From Priapulus caudatus (lineage: Eukaryota), in contig NW_014577065.1 of NCBI RefSeq assembly GCF_000485595.1, positions 374,421 to 432,364 of the forward strand: a DNA stretch of 57,944 nt, read 5' to 3'. Shown here piece by piece: positions 1 to 57,400 of the stretch. The notes under the pieces are model-generated. The model did not search any database, was not told the DNA's origin, and saw nothing but the letters and a program-made list of their open reading frames with translations. Each line of letters starts with the position of its first letter. Position 1 is the first letter of the stretch. A program made the position numbers and the translations under genes.

Positions 1-399
1 TTTTTATGGTCAAATTGCTGCATTATACTTCCTATTTTACTATATTGTTCGATGTGAACATACACTCATGACTCATACATAGCCCATAGCCTCAAATTTT
101 AATAGTTGATTTATTAGCAAATAGAGCATGCGTCATTAATCAAAATGAGCAGTTTTAAAGAAAAATAAATCAACACTTGATAAAAATGGAAACATGAAAA
201 TTTTTAGTGTATCATAATTCGTATAAATATTAATCAGTTTTGTGTAGCTGCAATTAGCCATCCAAGATTCACAAATCCTTAATGTCTATAGTAAATAAAG
301 ATGGTTTGCCTGCTAATGTAGTTTCTGATGTTGGCAGTGCATGTGGGAATCCTGTGTTTCATGGTATTCATGTGAATGTGTTTTACCCTGTATTTACAG

Positions 400-522
400 G
401 ACAATGCTCTTGGGTTGATGCACCTCCGCAAACTGTTCATGGAGTTTTGCCACCCAAAGCAGAGCATGTCACCTGCAGAGCAAGAAGACAAGCTTTATAA
501 CATGTTGCCTTTGTTTTGTAAG
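400..522 (+). CDS. WDFY3: WDFY3 coding exon 2 (clean copy, out of order in the assembly)
   Basis: tttacag|GAC..AAG|gtatat; DNALGLMHLRKLFMEFCHPK..LPLFCK; 123 nt. Confidence 0.85.
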
Positions 523-751
523 GTATATAAATTTACATGTACTTTGTTATATTATTCTTTTCAGAGTATGTGCAAGTGAAAATAAAATAATTATACTTTG
601 ATAAGATAAGTGAAAGTGATTTCCACATTATTATTCATTATATTGAATGTATTAATAGTAGTGATATATGTTTATCAGATCTATTATAGTATTGAAAAGT
701 ATTGATGTACTAAAAATGCTATATCTGAAGTTCAAACTGTGTGAATTTTAG

Positions 752-872
752 GTCTTTGGTAGCAGCCCTTCAAGTGAGATGGAGAAGTTTGGAGATATCC
801 TTCAGTTTTGTAGCTATGTCTCTAAGCTAATGGTAACAGAAGTCAGAAGAAGGGCATCAAATCAATCTACTG
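752..872 (+). CDS. WDFY3: WDFY3 coding exon 3 (clean copy)
   Basis: tttag|..G|gtgagc; VFGSSPSSEMEKFGDILQFCSYVSKLMVTEVRRRASNQST. Confidence 0.85.
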
Positions 873-1639
873 GTGAGCAGATTAATCATTTGGAATACTA
901 CTAGTCAAAGCTGTAAGTTATCATAATACAGTTATGAACCTGTTTCTAAATACTGTTTTAGTAATTTTAATGCACATTAGTTTTGTGTCTGCAGTTATTA
1001 TATATAATCTACTATTTCGTATTTCGTAAGCAATGATGTGATAAATGTTTAATATCAAATTTTACATGATGAATAAGTTCATTACCAGTGTCTACTCAAA
1101 AAGAGCATTGCACATGAAAAATGATTGAAACTCAGTGCATATGCAAAACAAAATATTAGATGTTAAAGGTTACATCTTTAAAAATCTGACAGGTAGGTGG
1201 ATTTTTAATATTTTTAATATTTTTGTTTTATTTGTTTGACTTTACCGTGCTCGACTTTCATTTGCCTTTTAATCTCGTGTGTATCATACCGATCACACTT
1301 CTGAGAGCAATCTGTTCTTGCACAATCTGTAGGATGATTGTTGCAAGTCTAGCTACAGTACAAGCCAGATACTACGGCTGCAGCATTATGGTCATGCTTT
1401 CCCAACACCGGGCATAATGCTGCAGTAATAATTTGAAGCAGCAATTCCTCTATAGTGCATAAATTTGCATTCTCAGCAGAATGCACATGCATCCGCCCAG
1501 GTGAAATGCTTCCAGCGCACATTACTGTAATGTCTTGTGGTGTTTCAGTATCGCATGTCACATGGATGCAGCTGTGAGTGCAGTCAATAAGTTTTTATGG
1601 TAGATATTTAGTGTTTATCTTCGGAATTTATGTTTACAG

Positions 1640-1755
1640 AGGCAGCCAGTCAAGCGATCGTGAAATTCCTTGAGATTGAGAATACAGAGGAGGCAAGTAA
1701 TGGATGGATGCTGTTAACCACACTCAACCTTCTCGCAGCTGGTAATCATAGTATG
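1640..1755 (+). CDS. WDFY3: WDFY3 coding exon 4 (clean copy)
   Basis: ttacag|..ATG|gtaagt; EAASQAIVKFLEIENTEEASNGWMLLTTLNLLAAGNHSM. Confidence 0.85.
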
Positions 1756-1827
1756 GTAAGTAGGTAGCCGGAATGTAGCATAACTGCTTTATGCTTCAGT
1801 GTGTGCAGCCTGATCTTAATTCAATGA

Positions 1828-2026
1828 CGTACGTTTCAGTCTGTATCTCCGGATTGCGGGTGTCTACGAGGAAATGATTTCGTACGATGATGGGCGAATG
1901 TACTGTGTCCGATTTGAGCTCAAGTTGGATGAGTTACGCGTAGTAAATCGAAGGTATTATAAGGCTAGTAAATGACGAATTTCCCTTGTTTATTGAAGTC
2001 ACACTCCTTCCCTTTATCTACTCCTG
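1828..2026. mobile_element. Right-arm fragment of the long-TIR fold-back MITE (same family as 19497-20268)
   Basis: Aligns by eye to the right arm at ~20063-20268 and ends TCTACTCCTG. Confidence 0.85.
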
Positions 2027-4239
2027 ATCATATGCACTTATCTGTATTATGTTAGATCCACGTGTATAAGGTGTAGATGTAGGACAGGTTTGCATCAGAT
2101 TATGCAAAATTGGGATTAAAATTCACATTTAAATAGGAATGGGATTAAATAGTTATTTACCTTATTTTCAAAATTTGACTGTATATTTATTTTTCACTAA
2201 TTACACTTTCTTGTGTGAAAAATGTGCAAAAAGGGTAATTATACACAAAATCAATCAGTTATTAGATAAATACATGAATAGAAAAGACATAAATACCCAG
2301 ATAATACACTGTGTATGTGCTTATATTTATAATATAGGCCTCCACAATTTTGCATTTTGGCTGCATGCTTTAGCAACCCAGTTGCTTATCTAAGTCTCAT
2401 ATTCTGGCCACCAAGCACATACCCCGTGTAATAACATAGGCAACCAGCTATTTACCTTGAAAATAAAAAAAATAAAATATATTAGGTTGTTAATGTCAGA
2501 TGTGGTAGCAGTTTGTATGAGGTTGAGTGGTGGTAAAGCAATCCGTGCGCTGTTTACATAGCAATTATTACATTACTTGCCATCGATTATAAGACCATTG
2601 AATCGCTTTAGGCAGAGTAAATTGTCTAGCCGTGGCAGTCATATAAATTTAAATTTTTCCATCAATGTTTTAGCTAGGTTTTAAATTTGGGTGACAAATG
2701 TGCTGTAAATTATGAGCCATTTTGTCTGGTATCCATGATCCAAGGGGTGGTGCGAGAAAGGTGGGTGGGGAACTGCATAGTATTGGGATTCTTCTTTAAA
2801 ATCTAATGCTATTAGGTAATCAGATCACATTTAGAAAGATAATTGCACTGAAGCTATGGATGGGGTGGGCATTTGACTTATTATAGTTTACACATACACT
2901 GTTTCAGGTGAATACACAGTGCTTCTGCCAGGTTAGCATAGGGTATCGTCTAAATCTCCGTAAACTGTTGATTTAATGCACAGTATTTTAAATCCGCTGT
3001 TTCTGCCAGACCTCAGTCTGTAGCCTGCAGTCGACAAGTTGTGTTGCACAACTTTGTCAGTAAATGCGCTAGTAGTGGTGTCACCTTCATTATTAGCAAG
3101 GGTATAGCCGTCAGCTTTGAAACGTTTTTTCTAGTAAATATAGTAATATTGAACAATGAAATTATTTATGTAGCATAATTTAAACCTATTCTAACTGAGA
3201 ATATGCAAGGAACCTTAGGTCATGTGTCCCTTTAAAATTGTATATGATAACTTATTATTATGGTCAAACTAAAGTTGAGCTGCTAAACTGAAAAGTATTC
3301 CATTTATATGAATATTGCTTAAATGAATCAAATAAAATTAGCATTCTTCTTTAAGTATTCACGGATTAGGTCCATTCATTTTCACTGTTCATTTAAGACC
3401 ATTCATAAATCAAAAAGGGAACTGATCGGCAATCTGATAATGAATTCTTTTATGCGAGTTTAGGCAATTCAGCTATGTGATAGAATAATATTGGTTGATT
3501 TTTTGTTTACATCCATTTGCCTCGATTAAAGACCTTAAGTAGTTTATGGTCTAGGTTGATGTTCTGCAGTTGCTCTAATCAATGCTGCTGTCAGTGTCAG
3601 GTTAAAGGATTTCTGATTTATGTGCTTACGATCTATCAAAATTAGCAAATCATAATAATTTACATGATGAAGATGATAAATTTGAAGTTGACTTTATACA
3701 TTTTAATCCTGATACATGCACGAATCATCATATTTAGTAACTACAATAAAAAGATAAATGTGAACATTTTGTGATATTTGCACATTTCGAAATTGTTTTG
3801 TGATTTATCAGTCCTAGGTCAAATCGCTAATCGATTCACTATATTTTCAAATGGGACAATGGTGCACACATTGTAATCAAAGAAATGTTGATAGCCATCG
3901 ATTTTTTTGTGCTACATAATTTAATGATACATTGGAATTTACTAATCAATTTGTAATTTATTAAATGTTTCTGGGTGGTTATGAAACCTGTATTTGCAGC
4001 ACCTTTGTAAATGATTGAATGTGCACATCTACGTGCATACATTTTTGAACAGCACGTTTATTATACTTGATGGTTTTCTGTTATAAAAACATGGTTTTCC
4101 CCATTGGGCATTGTCATATGTGGTAGTTTGCATTGGGTTTTTATATAGTTTTGTTCCGCCTGATCCATCTATCTTAGCTATTTGACTGTTTGCTATATAT
4201 ATGATGTACATGAGGTAAGATACATATTCACTTTTCAAT

Positions 4240-5520
4240 GTATTATCTGGTTATAAATCTTTTTCTATCCAGAGAGACCGGGTACAAGATGGCGTTGCAC
4301 AAAAGATGCGTTGTTCCCCGACCGCCGAAAGCGGTTAAGCCGCGCACTTCCGCGGACTGGGCGCCACGGACCGCGGCGGTGTTGTATGTAGCATCTCGGC
4401 GCTACCCCGCCTATACGAATTCGCGCGCCGAAGGAAGGCGGCCCGCGCGAATGCGTATAGCGGGCAGCCTAAACATCGCGCAGTTTTCGGGACACGTCCA
4501 TCGGCTCGGCGCTACATCGGCTTTGGAGGGGCCTTCCGATTATAGATTGACACGCGTTTGTACATCCTCGCCGTCGTACGTCACCTGCCGTATTTTCGTA
4601 CCTTATCTGCGGTTCTCCCACTCTCTTTCTCTCTTTCTCGCTCCCCAGGTCTGTCTTCTCTCTTCTCTCTCTCTCGCTCGCTCCGCCGCCACGGTTAATA
4701 AGGTATCTATATACATGCATCAATGCTGCCGCCAGCCAGGCACACAAGCATGCGCTGCAGCGGTTTCAATAAAATGTAATGCTAAATAAATACAAAATCT
4801 ATTTACTACGAAAGTCACCGCGCGCGCCAAAAACTCCCCGACCAGCCGTTTGTTGATATAGCATTTCGACCCGTGCCCGCCGCCACTGTGAGCGCGGGGA
4901 GGAGGGAAGCGGAATGTCGCCACTCCGCCGTCTTCGTAAAAACATGTGCATATATATATTTGTGTGTCAGTGTGGCGCGTATTGTAGGATTAGCTACGTG
5001 TAAAAACTGCCACGGCCACGCCAGCACGTGCTCGCACGACGGTGCCGTCGGCCACGGGCAGCGCGCGGGTCAAAGATGGTTGATAAAAACCTCGCACGTA
5101 CGGAGCCAGGCGCTTTTGGAGATAGCTCTAGACCGCCGCCAGGCCCACGTGGAGCGCCGTACACGTCTTCGTTAAAACCTCTGCTGATAGACGTAACGCT
5201 ATACTCGGCAGAAGCGCGACGTCATCGCCGGTAGCGGCCAATGAGCGACGCGCGTCATTGCTGATTGACAGCAATTTTTGGAGTTTCTTGTAGGAGCCAC
5301 TACGTCTTAGCCACTGAGGCGCGCCACCCCAAAAAAAGTATTAGGGGCCGTTGGGGATGCCTCAAGCCGTCCATCCCAAATGTCGGTTGGATTGCGCCCC
5401 AGTTTTCGCGCGGAGTGCGTTTTCAGACCCTTGTCTAAGTATCTGTCTAGGGCGATAAAAAGGGGCGGCGTATTCACGTTGGGCGCGGCAAGCCGCAAGC
5501 GTCTGAGACAGCTGATACTC
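4240..5520. promoter_or_regulatory. CpG/GC-rich island upstream of the first coding exon (candidate promoter or GC-rich repeat)
   Basis: Abrupt rise in GC and CpG against AT-rich flanks; CAAGATGGCG (YY1-like) at 4285-4294; CCAAT at 5238-5242. Function is inferred. Confidence 0.35.
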
Positions 5521-5556
5521 AAAATTTTTGATGCGAAATGTTTCAGATATAGCAAG

Positions 5557-50445
<44,889 letters not shown>

Positions 50446-51992
50446 TTGACAGGCAGCTGTTGATGGTACGCGTAACCCTGTAGGTACTCATTGTATGCTA
50501 GAAGCAGAAGCAGCCGGATCCTATTCTGGGAATCGGTGGACACCGCCTTTTTCCCCCCCGAGGCACAAACCTCACAATTGTTTGTTTTCGCGATCTGAGC
50601 ACTTTAGTCTGAAAGGGTAATATTTTTGGCTGTTTTAGGTTTTGTCACCATTTATAAAACCATACATCTTCCATTGTTATGTAGAGGCTTTAGCAGCTTA
50701 CCTATGTTGTTAAGGAGTTGGGTCGTCATCACTACTTAGAACTAGCACATTGGGTAGTAATAGATTTTACGACGTTACAAATGGTTGTCACGTTATGCAT
50801 TACCACCATCAGCGAATTGGCAAAAGTTAGGCACGAATATACTTGTGAATCATCAAGGTACCATTTGTGTTTTGTGGGCCTTGTATACCCTTACTTGGTT
50901 AGGACGTAAGCATCGTTCATTTACACAATAATGCACTTCTCCAGTTGAAACTGTTGCATTCTGCTTTTCGAGAAATTATAGACTTTACGCAGATTCATGT
51001 GGCCCAGACTATATCATAGCATTCCATAAATGGCCCTTTCCTAGAGCTCTAACACATTCATATGATCTAGCTGCAAAATAATGGGTCCTTTACTTTTTAT
51101 TTAATTATTCTAAAAAGTGCAATTGTTAGTGTAACTGGCGTGTAATGCTTTGTTCCATTAGAACAGTTTGCCGTGCAACGTTAAAAATATATTAGTGAGT
51201 ATTATGAATATATATATATAGTATTGTGCAATATCGTAAACTATCATGTCCTCCTATAAGTACTTGGTATACAGTTAGCTCTTGTAAAATGTAGGTAGAT
51301 TTCCATTTAATGGTAAGTTACTAAATGACATTGAAATGGCACAGAGTAATTGGATACTGTTTCTAGAACCTAAACATGTAACCAGGTAGTACTGTGAAAT
51401 TAGGCTTAAATATAAATATGTATATTGTTAAAATTGAAATGAACGCTTTAGATATGAATGTAACCAGGTAATTGATCTTGCTTGTGCATAATATAAAGAT
51501 GTATCTAGAAAAAGGAATTTGCGTGCGTGGATATTTGTAATTATAGTGGAACATTCATCCCCATTTTCAGGCAAAGTATGGGCAAAATATGAATTGTAAT
51601 AATGCGATAATGCGATATGAATAATTTATTAGCGATAATGTTAAAAAGGGTAGTTTGAGTTGTGCCTTACACAACCGTAACCTATACGGAGGGAATCCAA
51701 ATCTAATTTGCACAAGTTTTTTTTTATGATAAATTATTAGTGGCATTTGTTCGTGTAGTGGAATGTGAAATTGGAGTGTGTGGGATGCATATCAACGTTG
51801 GTGATCTCCATTACCATTGCTCGAGGCGCTAAACCATATTACAGTGTTAAATTCTAAAGTATGTTCACCTTTAAATCACTGTTTATCATGGAAATATTAA
51901 ACCTACGCATGGCTACATGAAACGTAATTTTTAGTATATATCGTAGTGCATATCGTAGCAAATAATAGTTGTATTTGAAGAATGAGAAAACA

Positions 51993-51997
<5 letters not shown>

Positions 51998-52032
<35 letters not shown>
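51998..52032. repeat. (TA)n microsatellite
   Basis: Seen directly. Confidence 0.95.
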
Positions 52033-52035
<3 letters not shown>

Positions 52036-52800
52036 GCTCGTACAACTATTGGTATTTAACATAACTAAGATGCCTAACGTACGTGCATAGATACACTGCT
52101 GCTGCGGTTTATGGCTTGAGGCTGTTGTATGATTTTCATGAAAGTGTATATGTATATAATATATATTATATAGTATATAATACACGAATACGTGATATAG
52201 ACTTATACATACTCCACATGATGCACGAATGCACATAAGTATATAATATAGCACCTAATATGTAATGTAATTATTGCTGCAAAAATCTGTATAGTGAAGC
52301 GAAAATTGCCCTATTAAATTGTAATGCAAGTTGCATGGTGCTTTTAAAGGTATTGAATAGATTGAAGCAATTGTAAATTTAGTTTAGGCATACATATGTA
52401 ATTATTATTGTGTGGAAAATTTATACTTTGGCACCTAACAATTTTATTATGTTTCAGTAATTGTTTGGTAAGGTATTCATAGGAAACTAATGGAGAAACT
52501 TACTATCCTGAATGCCAAACGGAAATGTACTCCTACCAATAGCATCGGAGATCGTATTCATTGTGTAAACCAAAACGGCTTATCACTTTGTAACAAACGT
52601 AGTACACGTGTGCTGTTTTGTGTAGCCTTATCACTATCGTTAGGCAAACCTATATATATATATATATATGTTTTATTCGTTGCGTTTGTTTGTATGAATA
52701 TCACTGCGGTGAAGGTTAAATTTAAGCGTAAACATTTAAATCTGTCAAGAATCGTGGTCGCGAATATTCCTTGTAAATCTTTGTGATTTCGTCATATATG

Positions 52801-52806
52801 AATAAA
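52801..52806 (+). terminator. Candidate polyadenylation signal of WDFY3 (would give a ~2.4 kb 3' UTR)
   Basis: First canonical AATAAA I noticed after the stop codon, followed by T-rich sequence. Confidence 0.3.
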
Positions 52807-52863
52807 TGAAATGTTTGAGAGAAATTTACTGAAAACATTTTATTCGTAGATCCTTATTATTCT

Positions 52864-52945
52864 CTACTTACTTACTTCCTACTTACTTACTTACTACTTA
52901 CTTACCTACTTACTCTACTTACTTTTTATTACTCTACTTATTATT
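52864..52945. repeat. (TACT/TTAC)n degenerate simple repeat
   Basis: Seen directly. Confidence 0.85.
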
Positions 52946-54733
52946 CTCTATATTAATATTATTTTCTTTATACAAATTAAGCGTTTATTTATGCGCGAGT
53001 TCACATATTTCGACACTCCAGTGAACTAGTATTGGATGATCATTCTGCAGATAGGTATCATATGTCAATGAACTATCTGATGTGGGATGAACCGTGGGTA
53101 TTCCAATATACATTAGCATAGTGGAAATTGTAGTGGGATGCTGCGGCCAAAATCTGAAATTTTCGGGCGAGCGATGTCGGTGCGCCTTTTTATGTACATT
53201 AGCATAGCGGTGACCCCAGGGCGTGATGCTGCGAGCAAAGTGAATATTATAGATAGGATTTTACCAAGCACACGTGCTGTCGGCCCGCCCGGCTCCACTT
53301 TGAACGTATAGGAACGGCTGAACAAAATTTTCTTGCCAGTGAACGGCGACCGACGTCTGTGCGCCTTTTTCATGTACATTTGCATAGTGGGGAACACGTA
53401 GAGCGTGATGCTGCGAGCACAGGAAATAATATAGATAAGATTTTATCATGCTCGCGTGCCGTAAGCCCGCCCGCGACCAGTTAGAACGTATAAGAACGGT
53501 CGAAGAAAATTATATTGGCAGTTAATTAACGGTGACCGACGCACGGACGCCATCTTCATGTACATTAGCATAACCGGAACCGGGCGAGCGATGCTGAAAG
53601 GAATATTATAGATCGGATATTATCATGCACATGTGCCGTCGGCCCGCCCGCGACCAGTTTCACGGCTAGCGGGCCAGCGGCACGTATGCATGGTAAAATC
53701 CGATCCACAAAATTCACTTTTCACTTTACCCGCAACATCCCGCCGTAGATTGGAATAGCGCCCGCGTTGGTAGTCAGCCAAAATAGGTTTTGGACGAAAC
53801 TTACACGCTCAAAATGGGCAGGGGGATGGCCGGGCGGGATGTGCATATAAATATAATGCATGTAAATATATATATGTGCATATAATAGTAAAATCCGCTC
53901 TAGAAGTTTCATTTCGCCCGCAGCATCCCTCCACAATAACTTTCCCCGATGCTAATGTACACTGGAATGGCGCTCGTGCTCTGGTCGGGTTGCCAGCCAA
54001 GATCATGATCATTTGCTTCGGCCAAATCTACGAGGTAAATATGGGCACATGTATGCCCGGGAGAGACGTGCGTGGTAAAATCCGCTCTAGAAATTTTACT
54101 TTGCCCGCAGTATCCCTCCACATTCCTCACGCTATGCTAATGTACATTGGAATAGCGCTCGCGTCACTGGTCGGGTTTGCCAGCCCAGATAATTTTTCCC
54201 AGCCCAATTTGCCTAAAAATAGGCAGGGGTATGTCAAGGACACATGTGCATAGTAAAATCCGATCTATAATATTCACTTTGCTCGCAGAATCACACCCTG
54301 CGTTTCCCGCTATGCTAATGTACAGGAAAAAGGCGCTTCGACGTCGGTCGCCGTTGACAGCTAGCCAAGATAGTTTTCTTTGGCAGTACTCATACTTTCA
54401 AACTGGTCGCGGGCGGGCCGACGGCACGTGTACATGATAAAATCTTATCTACATTATTTCCTTTGCTCTCAGCATCGTTCGCCGGGTTCCGAACCCTAAC
54501 CCTATGCCAATGTTCAGGAAGATGGCGCTTCTGCGTCGGTCACCGTTATCTGCCAAAATAATTTTGTTCGGCCGTTCTTATACGTTCAAACTGATCACGA
54601 GCGGGGGCGGGCCGACGGCACGTGTGCATGGTAAAATTCTTTGCTCGCAGCATCAAGCCCTGGCTTTCCCGCTGTGCTAAACACCATTGGAAATACTTTG
54701 AATTATTGGAAATGAGAATTAATTTCGGCGCAA

Positions 54734-54743
54734 NNNNNNNNNN
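54734..54743. other. Assembly gap (N10)
   Basis: Run of N. Confidence 0.99.
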
Positions 54744-54744
54744 C

Positions 54745-54973
54745 CAGTGGCGTAGCTAGGATTTTTTCAGCGGGGGGGGGGGGCACTGGGGGGCCTTACA
54801 TTTTCGGGGGGGCACAATATATAACTTTTCTTTGTATTAATTATTATACTGTTTTAACGGCATTGTTTTTAATTCAATTTTTTTTATCAAGCATGAATTT
54901 TCAGTGGGGGGGGCACATAAAATTTGTGGGGGGCACGTGCCCCCCCCTAGGCCTCCCCGTAGCTACGCCCCTG
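54745..54973. mobile_element. hAT-like MITE (G-run type)
   Basis: TIRs CAGTGGCGTAGCTA / TAGCTACGCCCCTG with GGGGGGGCAC repeats; left TSD hidden by the gap. Confidence 0.85.
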
Positions 54974-55625
54974 CTATTACGTCCTGGGTCCCCGCTATAC
55001 TAATGTACATGAAAAAGGCGCTCCGACGTCCGTCACCGTTAACTGCCAAGATAATTTTCTTCGACCGTTCTTATACGTTCAAACTGGTCACGAGCGGGGG
55101 CGGGCCGACGGCACGTGTGCATGGTAAAATTCTTTGCTCGCAGCATCAAGCCCTGGCTTTCCCGCTGTGCTAAACACCATTGGAAATACTTTGAATTATT
55201 GGAAATGAGAATTAATTTCTGCCAGGGTTTTGAGATTTTAATGTAAATGTGGCAACAAAGCTTAAAAAATCTGCTAAAGATTAGGTAATTTAGCTATAAA
55301 TTGGCACCCATCTATACTTCTACTGCTACCTATATGTACGCGGTATTTCGTGAAATCATAGACGGCGAAATCAAACTGTGCGCCATTTGTTTTGGCGGTC
55401 ACTGACTCACTGGTCACGTGGGTAAAGATGTCAGCTCCCGTTTTTCAGTAGGCTGGCAGTTCTCTGATTCTGTCTGTCAACTGTTTCGTCTCGTAATCTT
55501 TGCTTAGGGAATCTTCTAAACGTAAGAACGATAATGTAATCTAAAGGGTTTGGCTCACGATGCAAGTACTTAATTTTGTTGTCATGCAACTTACAATTTA
55601 TAACAAATTTTGACATAATCATGTC

Positions 55626-55806
55626 GGTTCAAGGATAGAGAACATGGGTCCCAATAAAACCAATGTCATTTACCCTACTGTGCCTACATCAAATTCAATA
55701 TAAATATTATATTATATCAATATAATAGGTTAGGGTTAGGATTAGGGTTAGGGTTAGGCACATTGCCATTGGTTTTATTGGAACCCATGTTCTCTATCCT
55801 TGGGCC
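55626..55806. mobile_element. MITE-like element with ~40-bp inverted ends and internal (TTAGGG)n
   Basis: CAAGGATAGAGAACATGGGTCCCAATAAAACCAATG / CATTGGTTTTATTGGAACCCATGTTCTCTATCCTTG; TTAGGG repeats at ~55728-55758. Confidence 0.75.
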
Positions 55807-55925
55807 ACTGCCTAGGGGCCTAGTGTTATTGTAATAACTAATAATATTGACATTATGATTATGGCAATAACAATTATTATTATTATAATTATTATTATTA
55901 CAATAACACTAGGCCCCTAGGCAGT
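55807..55925. repeat. Perfect 31-bp inverted repeat (hairpin) with an AAT/ATT-rich loop
   Basis: ACTGCCTAGGGGCCTAGTGTTATTGTAATAA / TTATTACAATAACACTAGGCCCCTAGGCAGT. Confidence 0.9.
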
Positions 55926-56123
55926 TATGAGTTAACACGATATTAATTATTATGTCGATAATGACTACGTTCATATGTCTGATAGTGATACTGTCATTAC
56001 TGATAGGACCAGGGAAGTGTTTATTATAGTTTAGTAATATTAGTATTGATACCGCATTAGTCACATGTTGATTTATTTCCTTCAGCAAAAGCATTTTGGG
56101 CATTTTTTAGTTTTATTTAATAT

Positions 56124-57400
56124 AGACCCCTTGCACGTGACGTCATCAAAACAAAGGCGGCCATTTTGGCATCATTTGTGCGACCGTGCGACGTGGTTAC
56201 AGCGTGGAAAGTTCAGTTTAGAGAGAGCTCCAACATTTTCACACGAAAATGGTGAATTATTGTAGGATAGTCGGATGTACTAACCGATCTGATAGGGAAA
56301 AGGATAAGAAATTCTTTCGACTACCTGCTGTTATAACTAATCAGGGAGAACATGAGAAGTGTATCACAGAGGAGAGTGGCGTTCACACCCAGACAGATAT
56401 GTTACTGGACCTCTGTATGACGCAACCTTATCTGAGCTACAGACTCTAAGAACGGAAAACATTGAGTTTAAGAGCTAGATGAGCACAGCCGAGCGTTTCA
56501 CTGAGAATGATTTTGAGGGAAATGATGAGAAAGTTAAATATTTCACAGGGCTACCGACTTTTATTGACTGTACTGTTCATATATTCTTCATTGGAGCAGT
56601 TTTTACCTAGCTGTTCTTCTCTGTCCAGATTTCAAATGTTTATGATGACGCTTATGAAGTTGAGACTTAACCTGTCAAGTCAATTTCTGGCATATGAATT
56701 CAGTGTGTCAGGCTCAACTGTGTCACGGCTTTTTTCTACTGTTGTGAATGTAATGTATGTTAGAATGAAATTCTTGGTGATATGGCCAGATAGAGAAATT
56801 TTAAGAAAAACTATGCCGATGCAATTTAGATTTTGGATTTAGTATTAGTTGGATTTAGATTTAGTATTTTGGAACAAAATGTGCAGTGATCATAGATTGC
56901 TTTGAAGTGTTTATGGACAGGCCTTCTCAGTTAAAAGCTAGGGCTGAAACATGGTCTTCCTACAACAACCATAATACGGTGAAGTTTTTGCTCGGTATAA
57001 CACCGCAAGGCACTGTTTCATTTATATCAAAGTCCTGGGGTGGTCGAACAAGTGACAAGCACATTACAGAAAACTGTGGCTTTTTAAATAACATCTTGCC
57101 TGGAGATCATGGTTTTACTTGCATATCGTGGTTTTGACATTGAATCCAGTGTTTGTAGTATGTGTGCTGAAGTAAAGATACCAGCTTAGGAATCAGCTAT
57201 CCCCCCTTGACATAGAAAGCACAAGGAAAATAGCCCATGTGCGAATACATGTAGAAAGAGTAATAGGGTTAGTTAGGCAGAAATATACAATATTACAAGG
57301 TATCTACGTTACCAATAGATTTTCTAATGTGCAAAGATAGTTGCCAACTATTGACAAACTTGGTATTGTGTGTTGTGCACTTGTGAACAAGAAATTGTAG
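56124..57400 (+). mobile_element. Decayed ISL2EU/PIF-Harbinger-group DNA transposon (left end plus transposase relic)
   Basis: Putative terminus AT|AGACCCCTTGCACGTGACGTCA..GGCGGCCATTTTGG followed by transposase fragments; no right end seen. Confidence 0.7.
56249..57400 (+). pseudogene. THAP-HTH-DDE (DDE_Tnp_4-like) transposase pseudogene
   Basis: MVNYCRIVGCTNRS..FFRLP (THAP start); TLMKLRLNL..LAYEFSVSGSTVSRLF..IWP (HTH); [56 protein letters not shown]; frameshifts and deletions. Confidence 0.88.

Larger units (their letters stand above)
53109..55218. repeat. Array of diverged ~180-195 bp units in two opposite orientations
   Basis: GTAAAATC anchor at ~53693, 53888, 54075, 54253, 54437, 54631, 55124 (+); its reverse complement at ~53257, 53440, 53617. 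Confidence 0.85.

Noticed and set aside
53113..55173. ORFs in the ~185-bp repeat array, and a CRISPR-like reading of the array
   Set aside because: Whole units are homologous with no unique spacers, the context is eukaryotic and there are no cas genes; the ORFs are repeat translations.
55030..55218. Near-identical duplicate of ~54535-54726 across the N-gap
   Set aside because: Most likely contig-end or haplotype overlap inside a repeat array.
55728..55758. TTAGGG repeats as a chromosome end
   Set aside because: Only about five units, internal and enclosed by inverted repeats.
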